From IMG/VR virus record IMGVR_UViG_3300042363_000275, positions 1 to 64,000 of that record: DNA of 64,000 bases. One strand, given 5' to 3'. The position numbers and the translations under genes were made by a program. The stretch is from a virus (lineage: Duplodnaviria > Caudoviricetes). A model generated the notes under the pieces. It did no database searches. It was not told the origin of the DNA and worked only from the letters and a program-made list of their open reading frames with translations. Positions 44,601-53,785 of the stretch are shown here, piece by piece; the first letter of the stretch is position 1; each line of letters begins with the position of its first letter.

Positions 44601-44646
44601 TTGTATTCCATGTGCCTGTGCCACCAACCCAATATCTATCTGCCAT
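38692..44646 (-). CDS. 1984-aa tail fibre/adhesin with ~199-aa repeats and Gly-rich domains
   Basis: T/G/S-rich beta repeats with 597-nt periodicity; GAGGGG Gly-rich domains. Confidence 0.8.
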   Translation of the reverse strand: MADRYWVGGTGTWNTTSTTNWSASSGGPSGASVPTVADSVFFDQAGTYTVTMTGALACLDITVSTGTVTFATGTTPTLTVAGNVAITAGTTTWNSTGTITLSATTSKTITSGGTTFNCSMTVSGAGGTKTLQDNLTLSSTSTFTVTSGTLALGSHTLTTGLFNSSNSNTRVLNFGTGKIVLTSATTSTIWTTGTTTNLTISGTPLVECVTTGTGVTKTINTGAPSEANSISFSLLNTVTGTTYAFSASNVVRNLIVNGVQTVSNINLIIYGAFTHLTTNGTTTFTAGANAWTFAATSGSFTINNIAGFTYDFPWTFGSATSTATWTLANNLTLGATRQLTLSNGSFDINSKTISAAGITISTGTPTLLNTGTGSFTTTLPFTHTSGSFTLPFNITTSSASGYTFTAGTLALSTFTLTTTLFGSSGSSSRTLNFGTGQLALTGNGVTIFNVTTATNFTTSGTVYINSTYTGSVGTRTIVTGFTEAQAAGYNVATSGTTGIVLSPSATDIVALTGSFNTVNLTGFTGTLSNTTRTIFGDLTVPASGGTFTAGTNITTFAGTGTETITTNGRTLDFPITFAGVGGTFVLAGALTLGSTRTATLDNGTLNLNDFTLTAATLSSSGSVARVIAFGTTGQITLVGNGTNIVLMTSMTSFTYTGTPRIYSTYNGATGTRTFTFGSTAGATSTNIFDVSFGSSGTGLVITPATDTIALTGGFNSIDFTGFTGTLSSTRRSIFGDLTIPASGGTYSAGTSVTTFSDTGTATITTNGRTLDFPMTFDGVGGTFVLAGALTLGSARTVTLENGTLNLNNFTLTAGFLDSSATTTRVIAFGTTGQITLVGNSASTVSMTNITNFTYTGTPRIYCTYNGATGTRTFDIGGTAGATSTNVFDLSFGSSGTGLVITPATDTVTLSGVYYNADFTNNTSTIDNSTRSLYGNLTIPASGGTFTAGALVTSITAGISVDINIQRTIDFPITCNSVGGTLNFLNNLTLGSTRTFTLTAGALNLNNLTLSAATFSSSGTGVRSVAFGTTGRITLVGNNATIVDLTTMTNFSYTGTPRIVSAYNGATGTRTFNIGGTAGANSNNIFSVTTLEIITTTGGNGNAESSDDGGGGGGGIGGGVGTTVDVNGGYTGGAANTASGNSLFTAVTAAGYTIGSGAGTAGGTATSPANAINGGNATGFGAGGGGAGYYGGNGGNGFLGGGGGGAAGFNGTARTGGTGGDGAIVLQMTVSGTPTYNVLTSGTSYSIPANTTFIKIWAIGAGGGGAGATTDATAGGGGGAGGISLMSSANTGTITYSIGTGGAGGSGANNGSAGGNTTVTFDGTTLTSTGGAGGAFNSAIVSGVGGTGTDVSTVIPAGIALAIATDAHALIGSYNNFDLTGFLGTFGNSTRFIYGNFTIPSTGGSLSAGTSVTSFVGSGSKTLSTGGRTLDFPVIVDGADGTFQLLSNFTIGSTRAFTHTNGTIDLNGYTLTVGTSYTTAAGTKNLTFNGGTLVCPTASATTFNNAVPAGFTTTAGTGTGTISLTAATAKTFVGNNAIYNCDIDQGGAGALTITGLNTFNRIKSSYANTTANASIILPTGNTVTFAGIVGGSASNKVLDLGPTTATAAPFRANVIISNSSIQTASYVQTNSIVFITNTANTFSGDGTTPWRLYLANSINNGDTLGAVFQEYSNSAPVVYYITSGTSFTVPADWNNSNNAIHIYGAGGGSSGSYVPNSSGNRLGSAGGGGGGYTQVLNLTSTPGSSLSYSIGSGGAAGSANNLSSSGGAGGNTTFASIYTANGGGGSSITASTTTAGTGGTGATANGGIGGLGGGAASATNNSSGGGGGGSGGPNGAGANGGTGTIGGAPSTCAGAGGGGSSGGTNGTNASTVTPGTGGNNFAGTRAGGIGGLGTTFGGISGGRERGRASYDILGSIGGAGGGGGGGAVGPGVRDELNIGGGAGGSGATDSDFANPGTAGQSGGIIIVYYPIAVVGENFSNMFLLF

Positions 44647-44649
44647 AAT

Positions 44650-44856
44650 TTATTGACCTTCTAGTGGGGCTTCAGTAGGCGATTCATCGATTGGTGTTGT
44701 TTCTAGTTGAGCGTTGTCGATGTACGACACCCAAGCATCTCTACGAGCTTCTTTCATAGCCTCAATTTCAACATCAGTGTATAATTGGTCGTCTGGTAAA
44801 TCTAATGAGTCGCTGAATTTACCATACTTTGTGTCATATTCAAAATTAATCTTCAT
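44650..44856 (-). CDS. Small acidic tail-associated protein
   Basis: ORF track; lies between fibre genes. Confidence 0.6.
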   Translation of the reverse strand: MKINFEYDTKYGKFSDSLDLPDDQLYTDVEIEAMKEARRDAWVSYIDNAQLETTPIDESPTEAPLEGQ

Positions 44857-44872
44857 ATGATACTTCCTTCAA

Positions 44873-47053
44873 TTATACTTGTGTTGTTACTGCAATTACA
44901 TCCCAACGAGTGTCAGCAGAATTATATATGCAACCAATATATGACATTTTATTTGCTGTTGTTGATGTAGGCAATACTGTACCAATAACAGTATATGTTG
45001 AATTCCAAGTCAATGCGCGGTTTGTTCCATTGTCGAGCAATCTAATTGTGAGTTTATTTCCATCGACTGGAACACCCACTGGCGCATTAATTGTTAACGC
45101 TTGTGCCAATGCTGTAATATTGTACTGGTCACCAACTGCGACATTAGGTGTTATTGAAGCTGCATCTGCAACAGAGATAACACGAGGATTGACGCGAGTA
45201 GAATCAACAACAACAAACTTTCCATTTCCAGCAACATCTAGTGTCGCTGTTGGGGTTGATGTTCCAATACCAATGCTAGTATTGGTATCAAAGATTAAAC
45301 TATTCCCTAATGTTGTTGCACCAATATATTTTGCTATATTGTTAGTTGTACCACTAGAAACACCAGCACCACTTGCGCCTTGAACGCCTTGTGCTCCAAC
45401 TTCACCTTGAACACCCTGCGCGCCTATTGCTCCTTGAACGCCACTTGCTCCTTGAACACCAGCAGCACCCTGCGCACCGACTGCTCCCTGAACACCTTGC
45501 GCGCCGACTACTCCCTGCGCGCCTATCTCGCCTTGAACACCTTGAGCACCAGTTGCGCCTTGTGCTCCGACTGCTCCCTGAGCACCAACAAAACCTTGTG
45601 CTCCAGTAGCACCTTGTGCACCAACATCACCCTGAGCACCAGTTACGCCTTGTGCTCCAGCAACACCTTGTGCGCCAACAGCACCCTGAATACCTTGTGG
45701 TCCTTGTGTTCCAGTATCACCCTTGTCACCAGTACGAACAAATGTCATAATAACATTAGTGCTGTTTGGGAAATTTGATTCAGTTAATGTTGTATTCAAT
45801 CCAGCAACAGGAACAACGAACCAGTCAGCAACATGAAGATGAGTACCGTTAATATTGAAGAATGTGTATTCTAGAACATTTGCAGAATTTGCAATCTTGA
45901 ATGTGCCTTTGATTGTCGACGTCGAGTCATCGATTGTATTCAAGTAATTGAAAACATTTCCACTTAAACGATCGATGTTATCAATATACATCTCAGTCGC
46001 AGATAGCAATGTTGTATTGTTAAACTTAACAAAGCCAGCCGTTGGATCTGTGTTTGCTGTATTGGTGTTGAAAACATATTCGAATGTTGCGCCACCAAAT
46101 TCGCCAGTGGCACCTTGTACACCCTGTGCACCTTGAATGCCCTGCGCTCCAGTTCCTGTCGCGCCTTGAACACCTTGAGCACCTTGGACGCCTTGAGCAC
46201 CAGCAGCACCCTGTGCTCCAGTTCCTGTCGCACCTTGAACACCTTGAGCACCTTGGACACCTTGAGATCCTGTCGCGCCTTGAACACCAGCTGCTCCCTG
46301 TGCGCCGACTGCTCCTTGAACACCCTGAGCACCAGCTGCTCCCTGTGCGCCTACAGCACCCTGTGCGCCAACAGCACCTTGTGCACCTTGGATGCCCTGC
46401 GCTCCAGCTGCTCCTTGGGCACCTACATCACCTTGCGCTCCAGTTCCTGCTGCACCCTGAACACCCTGGAATCCTTGCGATCCAGCGGCACCTTGAGCGC
46501 CTTGAGCACCAGTTCCTGCTGCACCCTGAACACCTTGTGCTCCAGCAATACCTTGATGCCCCTGAGAACCTTCACCACCATCATTACCTTGCGCGCCTTG
46601 AACACCTTGAGCACCTTGAGCACCTTGAGCACCTTGAGCACCAGCTGCGCCTTGGAATCCTTGTACGCCAGTTGCACCTTGCACGCCCTGAGCACCTTGA
46701 ACACCAGCTGCGCCTTGTGCGCCTACATCACCTTGAGCACCGATAACACCTTGAGCGCCCTGAAATCCTTGAACGCCAGTAGCACCTTGAGCGCCTTGTC
46801 GACCTTGCGCGCCTTGAAAACCTTGGTGTCCCTGATAGCCTTGGTATCCTTGATAACCTTGCGAACCGAAGGCACCATTACCAGAGATTAACGATGTCCA
46901 GTTAAGAAACCCTTGTCCATCTGTGGTTAATACTTGACCATTAGTGCCATCTACACTCGGCAGAATAAATGTGGCGCCACCAGCATTTTCGGAAACAGTT
47001 AATGTTACCTGACCAGTATTTGCACCTTCTAGAATAAGACTTGCGCTAGACAT
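44873..47053 (-). CDS. Collagen-like (GxQ)n tail fibre protein
   Basis: Two Gly-X-Gln tracts separated by a globular insert. Confidence 0.85.
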   Translation of the reverse strand: MSSASLILEGANTGQVTLTVSENAGGATFILPSVDGTNGQVLTTDGQGFLNWTSLISGNGAFGSQGYQGYQGYQGHQGFQGAQGRQGAQGATGVQGFQGAQGVIGAQGDVGAQGAAGVQGAQGVQGATGVQGFQGAAGAQGAQGAQGAQGVQGAQGNDGGEGSQGHQGIAGAQGVQGAAGTGAQGAQGAAGSQGFQGVQGAAGTGAQGDVGAQGAAGAQGIQGAQGAVGAQGAVGAQGAAGAQGVQGAVGAQGAAGVQGATGSQGVQGAQGVQGATGTGAQGAAGAQGVQGAQGVQGATGTGAQGIQGAQGVQGATGEFGGATFEYVFNTNTANTDPTAGFVKFNNTTLLSATEMYIDNIDRLSGNVFNYLNTIDDSTSTIKGTFKIANSANVLEYTFFNINGTHLHVADWFVVPVAGLNTTLTESNFPNSTNVIMTFVRTGDKGDTGTQGPQGIQGAVGAQGVAGAQGVTGAQGDVGAQGATGAQGFVGAQGAVGAQGATGAQGVQGEIGAQGVVGAQGVQGAVGAQGAAGVQGASGVQGAIGAQGVQGEVGAQGVQGASGAGVSSGTTNNIAKYIGATTLGNSLIFDTNTSIGIGTSTPTATLDVAGNGKFVVVDSTRVNPRVISVADAASITPNVAVGDQYNITALAQALTINAPVGVPVDGNKLTIRLLDNGTNRALTWNSTYTVIGTVLPTSTTANKMSYIGCIYNSADTRWDVIAVTTQV

Positions 47054-47065
47054 TGAGTATTCCTA

Positions 47066-47998
47066 TTATGCCAAAATTTTCCACTTCGAAGTTTTAGGTA
47101 TTTTAAACACCACCGACCTATTTAGTTTTATGGGACCAGTGCTTGTGGCGTTTTTATTTGTTGATACTGTATAACTTTGTTTGACCGCATTTTCGTTCTC
47201 GTCAATAGGTGCTGCAGCTGTTCTAAATGATTCAGTAGAGATAGTTACTGGTGGAGTATTTGATTCTTCAGATGTTTGCCCAATAATTAACCCACCACCA
47301 GAAGTATCAGCACTAATCGTTGTTCCACCAAGAGTAATTGTATTACCACTCAAGAATAGATCTTTAAATCTTCTATCAGGAGAACCAAGGCTAAACACTT
47401 CATCTAGATCAGGAATGATATCGCGTTTCGCAATAAGATCATCCAGGTCACTCATTCTAACAGCACCGCCACCGCCTCCTGTGGCTATACTATTATTAAA
47501 CCTTTTTTGTAGCATGTCAAGTTTTTTCTGTAAATTCTCAAACTCTTTTTGTAGAAGTACAGATTTATCTTCTTCTTCAGCTACAGCCTCAACTATTTTT
47601 GGAACATCAACAATTGGTTCGCTTTTGCTCTTAGACAACTCACGAATCATGTAGATTAATGATTCTTCTTCTAACTCATAAAGTTCCATAATATCGATGT
47701 CTGTGGTCATCTCCTCGATAACATCGATAAGATCTTCCTTGGATAGACTTTCCAGTGCCTTCGTTAGCCTTGGATTAGAATCCGTTTTAAGAATCTTGAC
47801 TGGAGATTCAATGACAGGTTGAACAATAGGTTCAACTGCCATCTGCACTTCAATCTTTGGCTGCTGGATCTGTTCTTTGAAGAATGCCTTACTTAATTCT
47901 TCTTCTCTTTTGATAGATTCAAGAAGTGCTAGGTCAACAGGCTGACCAAAAAGGCGCATCATCTTGACTAGGAGTTTCTTCTCCTCCAGCGTTTTCAT
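47066..47998 (-). CDS. Hypothetical protein
   Basis: ORF track; DIIPD..SLGSPDRRFKDLFLSG fibre-like segment. Confidence 0.65.
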   Translation of the reverse strand: MKTLEEKKLLVKMMRLFGQPVDLALLESIKREEELSKAFFKEQIQQPKIEVQMAVEPIVQPVIESPVKILKTDSNPRLTKALESLSKEDLIDVIEEMTTDIDIMELYELEEESLIYMIRELSKSKSEPIVDVPKIVEAVAEEEDKSVLLQKEFENLQKKLDMLQKRFNNSIATGGGGGAVRMSDLDDLIAKRDIIPDLDEVFSLGSPDRRFKDLFLSGNTITLGGTTISADTSGGGLIIGQTSEESNTPPVTISTESFRTAAAPIDENENAVKQSYTVSTNKNATSTGPIKLNRSVVFKIPKTSKWKILA

Positions 47999-48002
47999 AT
48001 TC

Positions 48003-49151
48003 TTAAGAAACTAATCCAGGCTTGTATACAGTTTTTCCGTTTACAGTTACTGCTGTGAGTAATTGCTTGCGATTTGTACCCTTAGAAGTATACGATGCAT
48101 GTACCCATCCAGAATTAGGACCTTCTTTCGGGTCATAAAATTCTAGAATAACCTGATCGAAATCGCAGTTTTGACTTACCCATTTAGCAAGTTCTGGGTT
48201 GGCTAATCCGTCGATTTCAAAGTCGACAGCCTCGCCGTTGCAATGCTGAGACTTACTAGACCCACCAACAGCAGAATTAAGGGCAGGACCACGATACCCA
48301 GAATTAATGCGGACAGGCTTGCCAAAATGTTTACGAACAGGCTCAAGGATTTTTTCACAGACAATTTTAAGGTTTTGCGCATGTTCAGGTCCAGGTGTGT
48401 TATCAATGCGTTTGCGAATAGCAGTTTCTGACTTGGTAAACTCTTTAAGATTGAAGTGCTCAGACAACTGCATATCTGCTGTAACTGCAGCAGGAGCTGC
48501 TTTTGGTGCAGTCACTACTGCTGGTGCAGGAGTTGCACTAGTTGCCCAGCCAATATACTTCTTTGTCTTTTCAGAGCGATCGGCTAGACCATGTGTTCCA
48601 CCGTTAATCTTTTTGGTGATGGATAAAATAGCAGCATCAGTCACGCCTTGATCACAGATTGCCCAGAGTTTATTGCGCTCAAAGAAAAACATTGCTGATT
48701 CGAATGCTAGTTCTGTAGCAACAAGATCTGGGTTAGACATTACATCTGGACGCTTGCAGTAATCAGCAAAGGCTTTGTAGTTATCCTTACCTGTTAATTG
48801 TAATGCTCCGCGACCGCGATATCTCCAACCATCACCCGAGGATTCTGGTCCATTGCCCATACGAGACGCATACACGCGGTTAGCAATCTTTTCTGGCTTG
48901 CGCTCATACTGTGAAGCAATAGCATCTGATGGGAAATACTTCCCAAAGATTCCTCGAAGACCCTTTGTAGAGTAATTCAAGTTTTCTGAGAATGCCTTAA
49001 ACCCACCTGTTTCGTGTGCTGTTTGAGCAAAAAAGTGAGCAGCACGAACAGGTGTTAGTTTGTAGTAAGCCATTGCTGCTTTAAAGGTTCCTGCTCCCCA
49101 GGAACCATCAGCAGAAATACCAATCTTAGTCTGTAGATTCTTAAGACTCAT
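48003..49151 (-). CDS. Endolysin: GH19 lysozyme-like domain + M15A zinc peptidase
   Basis: AHFFAQTAHETGGF..YRGRGALQLTG..INGG; NSGYR..SQHCNGEAVD..WVHASY. Confidence 0.88.
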   Translation of the reverse strand: MSLKNLQTKIGISADGSWGAGTFKAAMAYYKLTPVRAAHFFAQTAHETGGFKAFSENLNYSTKGLRGIFGKYFPSDAIASQYERKPEKIANRVYASRMGNGPESSGDGWRYRGRGALQLTGKDNYKAFADYCKRPDVMSNPDLVATELAFESAMFFFERNKLWAICDQGVTDAAILSITKKINGGTHGLADRSEKTKKYIGWATSATPAPAVVTAPKAAPAAVTADMQLSEHFNLKEFTKSETAIRKRIDNTPGPEHAQNLKIVCEKILEPVRKHFGKPVRINSGYRGPALNSAVGGSSKSQHCNGEAVDFEIDGLANPELAKWVSQNCDFDQVILEFYDPKEGPNSGWVHASYTSKGTNRKQLLTAVTVNGKTVYKPGLVS

Positions 49152-49159
49152 GTTTCACC

Positions 49160-49492
49160 TCAGGCGATATGATCGTCGATTTCTTCAACTGCGTCTTGAA
49201 CAGTTTCTTGTAATGGTGACTCTGGTGTTGGATCGGCTGGCTTGTCTTTCTTATCTTCGCCAAGTTTAGCAATCTGCATTCCACCGAGTAGACCAACGAA
49301 CGCACCGATTACGGTGTTAAATGCTGGTCCGATGATTGCAAAGATATCCTTGTTATCTACCTGCTCATTAGGTAAGAAAATGCCAACCATGAGAATAAGA
49401 ACAACAATAAGCACAATACTTGCTAGTGTACCGACTGTTACCTTTAAAATCCAATTCTTTAAACCTTGTTCAGCTGTTTGTAGTAAATCCAT
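49160..49492 (-). CDS. Two-TM membrane protein (possible holin)
   Basis: Two hydrophobic helices; adjacent to the endolysin. Confidence 0.55.
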   Translation of the reverse strand: MDLLQTAEQGLKNWILKVTVGTLASIVLIVVLILMVGIFLPNEQVDNKDIFAIIGPAFNTVIGAFVGLLGGMQIAKLGEDKKDKPADPTPESPLQETVQDAVEEIDDHIA

Positions 49493-49497
49493 TGTAA

Positions 49498-49848
49498 TTA
49501 CCTCTTACCGTATTTTAAATATACCATGGCGCCAGTCAATTCATCCTCGAGGATGATCGGCGCATCCCTATTTTCTTTCGCGTATTGACGAATGGCTTCG
49601 CCAATCTCATCACGACCAACATAACTAGAGTAATGTTCAAATTTCTTTTTGCCTAGTTTTGCTTTATTAAATGCGTCTGAAGAAACAACGAATACTTCTT
49701 TACCAGCAAATTTTTTGCGGCGAAGCATGCTTCCTTTAGTCGTAACACCCTTTGGTACTGGTGGCGTGTCTGGTTCTAATCCAGCAATCTGCCCACTGCC
49801 AACAGTGTTAACAATTGTTTCTTCTTTGATTTGCTTTAATCTTTTCAT
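49498..49848 (-). CDS. Conserved hypothetical protein
   Basis: ORF track. Confidence 0.7.
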   Translation of the reverse strand: MKRLKQIKEETIVNTVGSGQIAGLEPDTPPVPKGVTTKGSMLRRKKFAGKEVFVVSSDAFNKAKLGKKKFEHYSSYVGRDEIGEAIRQYAKENRDAPIILEDELTGAMVYLKYGKR

Positions 49849-50237
49849 TAGATGTTTCTTAATATGCTGACCAGTCTGCCGTCTAATTGAATATCGCTCG
49901 ATCGAATATCTTTACCATCGATGCCCTTAATTATATTTGGCATAGCTGAAGTGAACACTAGAAAAGTCTTTAATGCGCTATAATCGCTTTCGCTAATACG
50001 CAAAAATAATATTCTTGTGCTCGCCTCTACACCAAATACATTCTGGCACAATATAAGATGGTTTAACAGTAACCTTTCTTTTATCTCTCCAGTCAAACGA
50101 TAACGGTGAAGTAATCGTTTAATATATCTAAATGTTTTGTAATCGTCATCGAATTCACTTTGTATGCAGTTAGGCTTATCATAGCACTTGGCTGCATATA
50201 ACAAAACATTGGACTCATTCAATTCATCAAAAAGCAT
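49848..50237 (-). CDS. Conserved T4-like hypothetical protein
   Basis: ELNESNVLLYAAKCY..FRYIKRL..LLLNHLI. Confidence 0.8.
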   Translation of the reverse strand: MLFDELNESNVLLYAAKCYDKPNCIQSEFDDDYKTFRYIKRLLHRYRLTGEIKERLLLNHLILCQNVFGVEASTRILFLRISESDYSALKTFLVFTSAMPNIIKGIDGKDIRSSDIQLDGRLVSILRNI

Positions 50238-50240
50238 AGA

Positions 50241-50711
50241 TTAATATTCGTTCGTGTTACCTGCATCATCATCGCGCTTACGATACCAGTCTGAATGTCT
50301 TACTGGCATCTCTTCGCGATCCCCGAGAACTTCCTCGGAGTCCATATTTAATAGATCTTCCAGCTCGTCGTTTGATACGACTTGAGCATAACCGTCAACG
50401 AATCCATCTTCTCCAGTGTCATAAACGACATAGAGATGATAGTCTGATTCGCCTAGCATATAAACTAGTTCGGCACCAAGATCTAAAAAGTTATTGGTTG
50501 CAGACTGCGGTAGCGGGAAACCAAATTTTTCTGTAACACCACGCAATTGGTTTAAAAAGATAGGTGCATTTTGATATGGTTTTTCAGTCAACGCATCAAG
50601 TTCACTGTTGATCTGATCTAAATTTTCTTCTAGATAACGCGCATCGATCTGAATAACATCATCAAATGCTTCGTTTAAAAAGTCATTGAATGTTTGCATC
50701 TTTCTCACCAT
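50241..50711 (-). CDS. Acidic protein with capsid-targeting-like N-terminus
   Basis: MQTFNDFLNE resembles T4 IPIII MKTYQEFIAE. Confidence 0.6.
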   Translation of the reverse strand: MVRKMQTFNDFLNEAFDDVIQIDARYLEENLDQINSELDALTEKPYQNAPIFLNQLRGVTEKFGFPLPQSATNNFLDLGAELVYMLGESDYHLYVVYDTGEDGFVDGYAQVVSNDELEDLLNMDSEEVLGDREEMPVRHSDWYRKRDDDAGNTNEY

Positions 50712-51129
50712 TTAATTGTGGCTTCATGTCTATCTTATTTTTCTTGCCTTTAGCAAATTTAATTGCTTTGAGTGCAACATCGGCTTCTTTTTGTTTCTTT
50801 CGTTCGTAATCGGCAGCTGCACTTCCTGCTTGTTTTGTATTTTTTCGATTTGCTCTGGCTTCCAGATCAAATTTTTGCTGAGCAGCTTTTACATATGGCT
50901 TCATTTCTTCGTTCATCTCGCCTTCCATATAATTAGCTGCTGTAAGGATATAATCCTCAGCAAGTGTAATCTTGCTTTGAACCCACTCAGGTAAATTTGA
51001 GTCAGGCTTCAACATGTCATGAAGACGCTTTGCGTTGGCTAGAATGCTGCGAAGCTGAGACTTCGCCATGTCGCCTTCGTAATCGTATTCACCTTTATCT
51101 TCAGCGGATCGTTCAATTGCGTCTGTCAT
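50683..51129 (-). CDS. Conserved hypothetical protein
   Basis: YEGDMAKSQL..LPEWVQSKIT. Confidence 0.7.
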   Translation of the reverse strand: MTDAIERSAEDKGEYDYEGDMAKSQLRSILANAKRLHDMLKPDSNLPEWVQSKITLAEDYILTAANYMEGEMNEEMKPYVKAAQQKFDLEARANRKNTKQAGSAAADYERKKQKEADVALKAIKFAKGKKNKIDMKPQLNGEKDANIQ

Positions 51130-51130
51130 T

Positions 51131-53512
51131 TTATTTACCCATCTTTTTTGCAGCGGCTGACTTTAAGCGAGCCTTGAGCACATCACCGAAAGTAATTTTG
51201 GTCTTATCGCCGTGATGCGCAGCGAGCGACTTTTCCTTTGGAGTTACAGCAACTTTACCTTCGGCTTCTTCTTTCGCAAGACTCTTTAGGTTGCCCTTAA
51301 CATCTTGTTTTGAATAGTCGCCACCAGATAGTTTTGATATGCGGCGAGCATACTTATTCGTCACAGCAGCGTCACGGCGTGTAGTTCCTACAGATGCTTT
51401 AACATCTTTAGCGCGAGGTGTGAGTGCTTGCTGAGTAGCAACAAAACTATTGCGAGCATTTACTTCATCCACCTGTTCGACTTCTTCTTTCATTGCCTTC
51501 ATTTTATCAAGTTTGAGTCCAGCCAAATAGCGTCCACCGCCATCGTTTGGCGACATTTTACTGATTTTTCTTTCTAGTTCTTTTATTTCTTTATCGCGAT
51601 TGATTGAATCCAAATAGCGTCCACCATAATCGTCTGTTTTTGTTTTATTTCGATTAACTTCATCCACCTGCTCGGTTTCTTCGTTTGTTCCACGCTTTTT
51701 CGCGTAGTAAGCACCTAGAGCCTGTTGAATACGCTCTTTCTTGCTCTTCCCAGCAAACTTTGGATTGTCTGACTTGACGAAATCGCTAATCCACTTTGAT
51801 GCTGGATCAGCAGCTGTTAGTTTTTCTTCGATGTACTTCATAGTGGATTCCTCGGTTTCTTCTTTCTTTAGTTTTGTCATAACTTCTGATGGGGACATTT
51901 TACCAGATGCAAGTTTATTTTGCATTCTTTCGGTGTCTTTTTGCTTCAATAAATCTAGCCCACGCTGACGGCTCAATGCACTTCTTTGTTGTTCTTGATC
52001 AAATGCACGACCCAACTTTTCTGCTGCACTCATACGGCGACGAGCCTCATCCATCTGCTCGACTTCTTCTTGAACTTTGACAAGTTTAATGTCTTTGTAC
52101 TTACGGCTCTTTGTCATTTTATAATGCGTGCTTAGAGCATCAGCCTTTTTAGGATGCACTTTTGATCTAAAGGTTTCTTTATCTTTTGTGGTTCCGACAA
52201 CCTGATAGCCAGCCTCATCAATCGTAGGACCATCAAGTTCAACGCTATCACCAACATATCTACGTCCTGGTTCATATACAGGAAATGGTTTTGCTGGTTG
52301 AGATGCATTGAACTTTTTAGTCAATTGTTTTTGAGCAAATTTTCGTGCTGCATTAGTGTTTTGAAGTTTTCTAAGTGGATTTGGGTCACCAGCTTTGTCC
52401 GCAGCTAGAGCAGAATCGACGGATTTCATCGTAAGTGGTCTTTTTTCTCTACTCACTTTGAGATACTTTTTGTAATCAATTTCATCAATTTGCTCGACTT
52501 CTTCTGCAACTGTTGGTTTTACAAATGGCTTTACATGAACAACTTCATAGTGTTTGGCCATGCTGCTACCAAATATTTTGGCAAACTTGCCGTGAGCACC
52601 TTTTTTGCTATCTGAGTTAACTGGAACTTCAAAGTGATCTTTTACATCCGATGGAGCACTTTTTTTTGGTCTTAGATAGGCAACATGCGAGTTCATTAAT
52701 CTGCCTCTGCCTTGCTCGACTTCTTCTTTCATTCTATTGATATATGATTTGAATTTGTCGGCAACAGTATCCCCTTTATGTCTGCTTATGTTGACAGGCT
52801 TGCCATGCAAACTACCACGGACTGTGTCGTCTTCCTTGTCATGTTCTAGCCAGCCAACTTCTTTATTCTTAACAGAGATACTAAAGTGTCGCATCTTTGG
52901 GTTTGCTTCTGAATTTTTGAATACAGGAGATTCTTTAGGTTCAATTTTATACCTACGAGCTTCATCCATCTGCTCGACTTCTTCTTTCTTCAATCCTGCC
53001 TTCATTGCCCTGCGAGCAAGAGCGCGAACATAGCGATACCCTTCTGGTTGCTTTCCTGCTGGCATCTTTGGCTTTGTTTTTACTGGACCACCAAGAGCTG
53101 CTTCAGCTTCTTTCTTGGTGACTTCGTCGATTTGCTCGGCTTCTTCGTTAGTGTAACGAACTAGAGCAACCTTTGGATTATATCCTGCTTTGATGCCCTT
53201 GATGATTTCCTTTGCGCTGCTTTGACCGACACCAGCCATTGAACTGCTGCCACCAGATCCACCAGCGCCAATTGGTTGGCGACCACCTTTTTCGTAGTAC
53301 GCTTTTTGGCGCGCAGCATTCATTGCACGAATAGATTGTGGCGCAGCTGTCATCTGCTTTCTAGGTGCAGGAGCGACAACTCGTTTCGCAGCAGCTGCAG
53401 ATCTACCGCCTTCGACTTCTGAAGGCATCGTCATGTTATTCTTTTTATACCATGCCTTTTGAGCAGCCTTTGACATCTTATGCAATAATGCTGGAACTTT
53501 TACGTCTGCCAT
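51131..53512 (-). CDS. Probable head-internal polyprotein with EE[VT]EQxDE linkers
   Basis: Basic modules separated by repeated acidic linkers. Confidence 0.7.
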   Translation of the reverse strand: MADVKVPALLHKMSKAAQKAWYKKNNMTMPSEVEGGRSAAAAKRVVAPAPRKQMTAAPQSIRAMNAARQKAYYEKGGRQPIGAGGSGGSSSMAGVGQSSAKEIIKGIKAGYNPKVALVRYTNEEAEQIDEVTKKEAEAALGGPVKTKPKMPAGKQPEGYRYVRALARRAMKAGLKKEEVEQMDEARRYKIEPKESPVFKNSEANPKMRHFSISVKNKEVGWLEHDKEDDTVRGSLHGKPVNISRHKGDTVADKFKSYINRMKEEVEQGRGRLMNSHVAYLRPKKSAPSDVKDHFEVPVNSDSKKGAHGKFAKIFGSSMAKHYEVVHVKPFVKPTVAEEVEQIDEIDYKKYLKVSREKRPLTMKSVDSALAADKAGDPNPLRKLQNTNAARKFAQKQLTKKFNASQPAKPFPVYEPGRRYVGDSVELDGPTIDEAGYQVVGTTKDKETFRSKVHPKKADALSTHYKMTKSRKYKDIKLVKVQEEVEQMDEARRRMSAAEKLGRAFDQEQQRSALSRQRGLDLLKQKDTERMQNKLASGKMSPSEVMTKLKKEETEESTMKYIEEKLTAADPASKWISDFVKSDNPKFAGKSKKERIQQALGAYYAKKRGTNEETEQVDEVNRNKTKTDDYGGRYLDSINRDKEIKELERKISKMSPNDGGGRYLAGLKLDKMKAMKEEVEQVDEVNARNSFVATQQALTPRAKDVKASVGTTRRDAAVTNKYARRISKLSGGDYSKQDVKGNLKSLAKEEAEGKVAVTPKEKSLAAHHGDKTKITFGDVLKARLKSAAAKKMGK

Positions 53513-53785
53513 TTATGATTCCTCGATCTTTACTGTAAGATCATTTGTCCCACGTTTTATTCTATGAAAAGTTTTTGCGGGAATAAAAAACTTATCGCCT
53601 TTAATTAATGGTATTGGAAGTTTATTTTCTAATTGAACTTCCCAACCAGAACCTTCTATAACCTCAATATATCTACCCTTTTCGTCACGATGCCAGACCA
53701 ATTCTTCTGTTAAAACATCGTGTTTGAATGTACGCACAAAACTCGATTTATTTAGTTGTTCGTCAATATATGGCTTTACCACCAT
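53513..53785 (-). CDS. Cupin-like small protein
   Basis: WHRD..E..GW..FFIPAKTFHR. Confidence 0.6.
   Translation of the reverse strand: MVVKPYIDEQLNKSSFVRTFKHDVLTEELVWHRDEKGRYIEVIEGSGWEVQLENKLPIPLIKGDKFFIPAKTFHRIKRGTNDLTVKIEES

Noticed and set aside
45380-46870. CRISPR array or DNA satellite
   Set aside because: The repeats are 9-nt codon periodicity of a collagen ORF with no spacers; no CRISPR array or cas gene seen in the window
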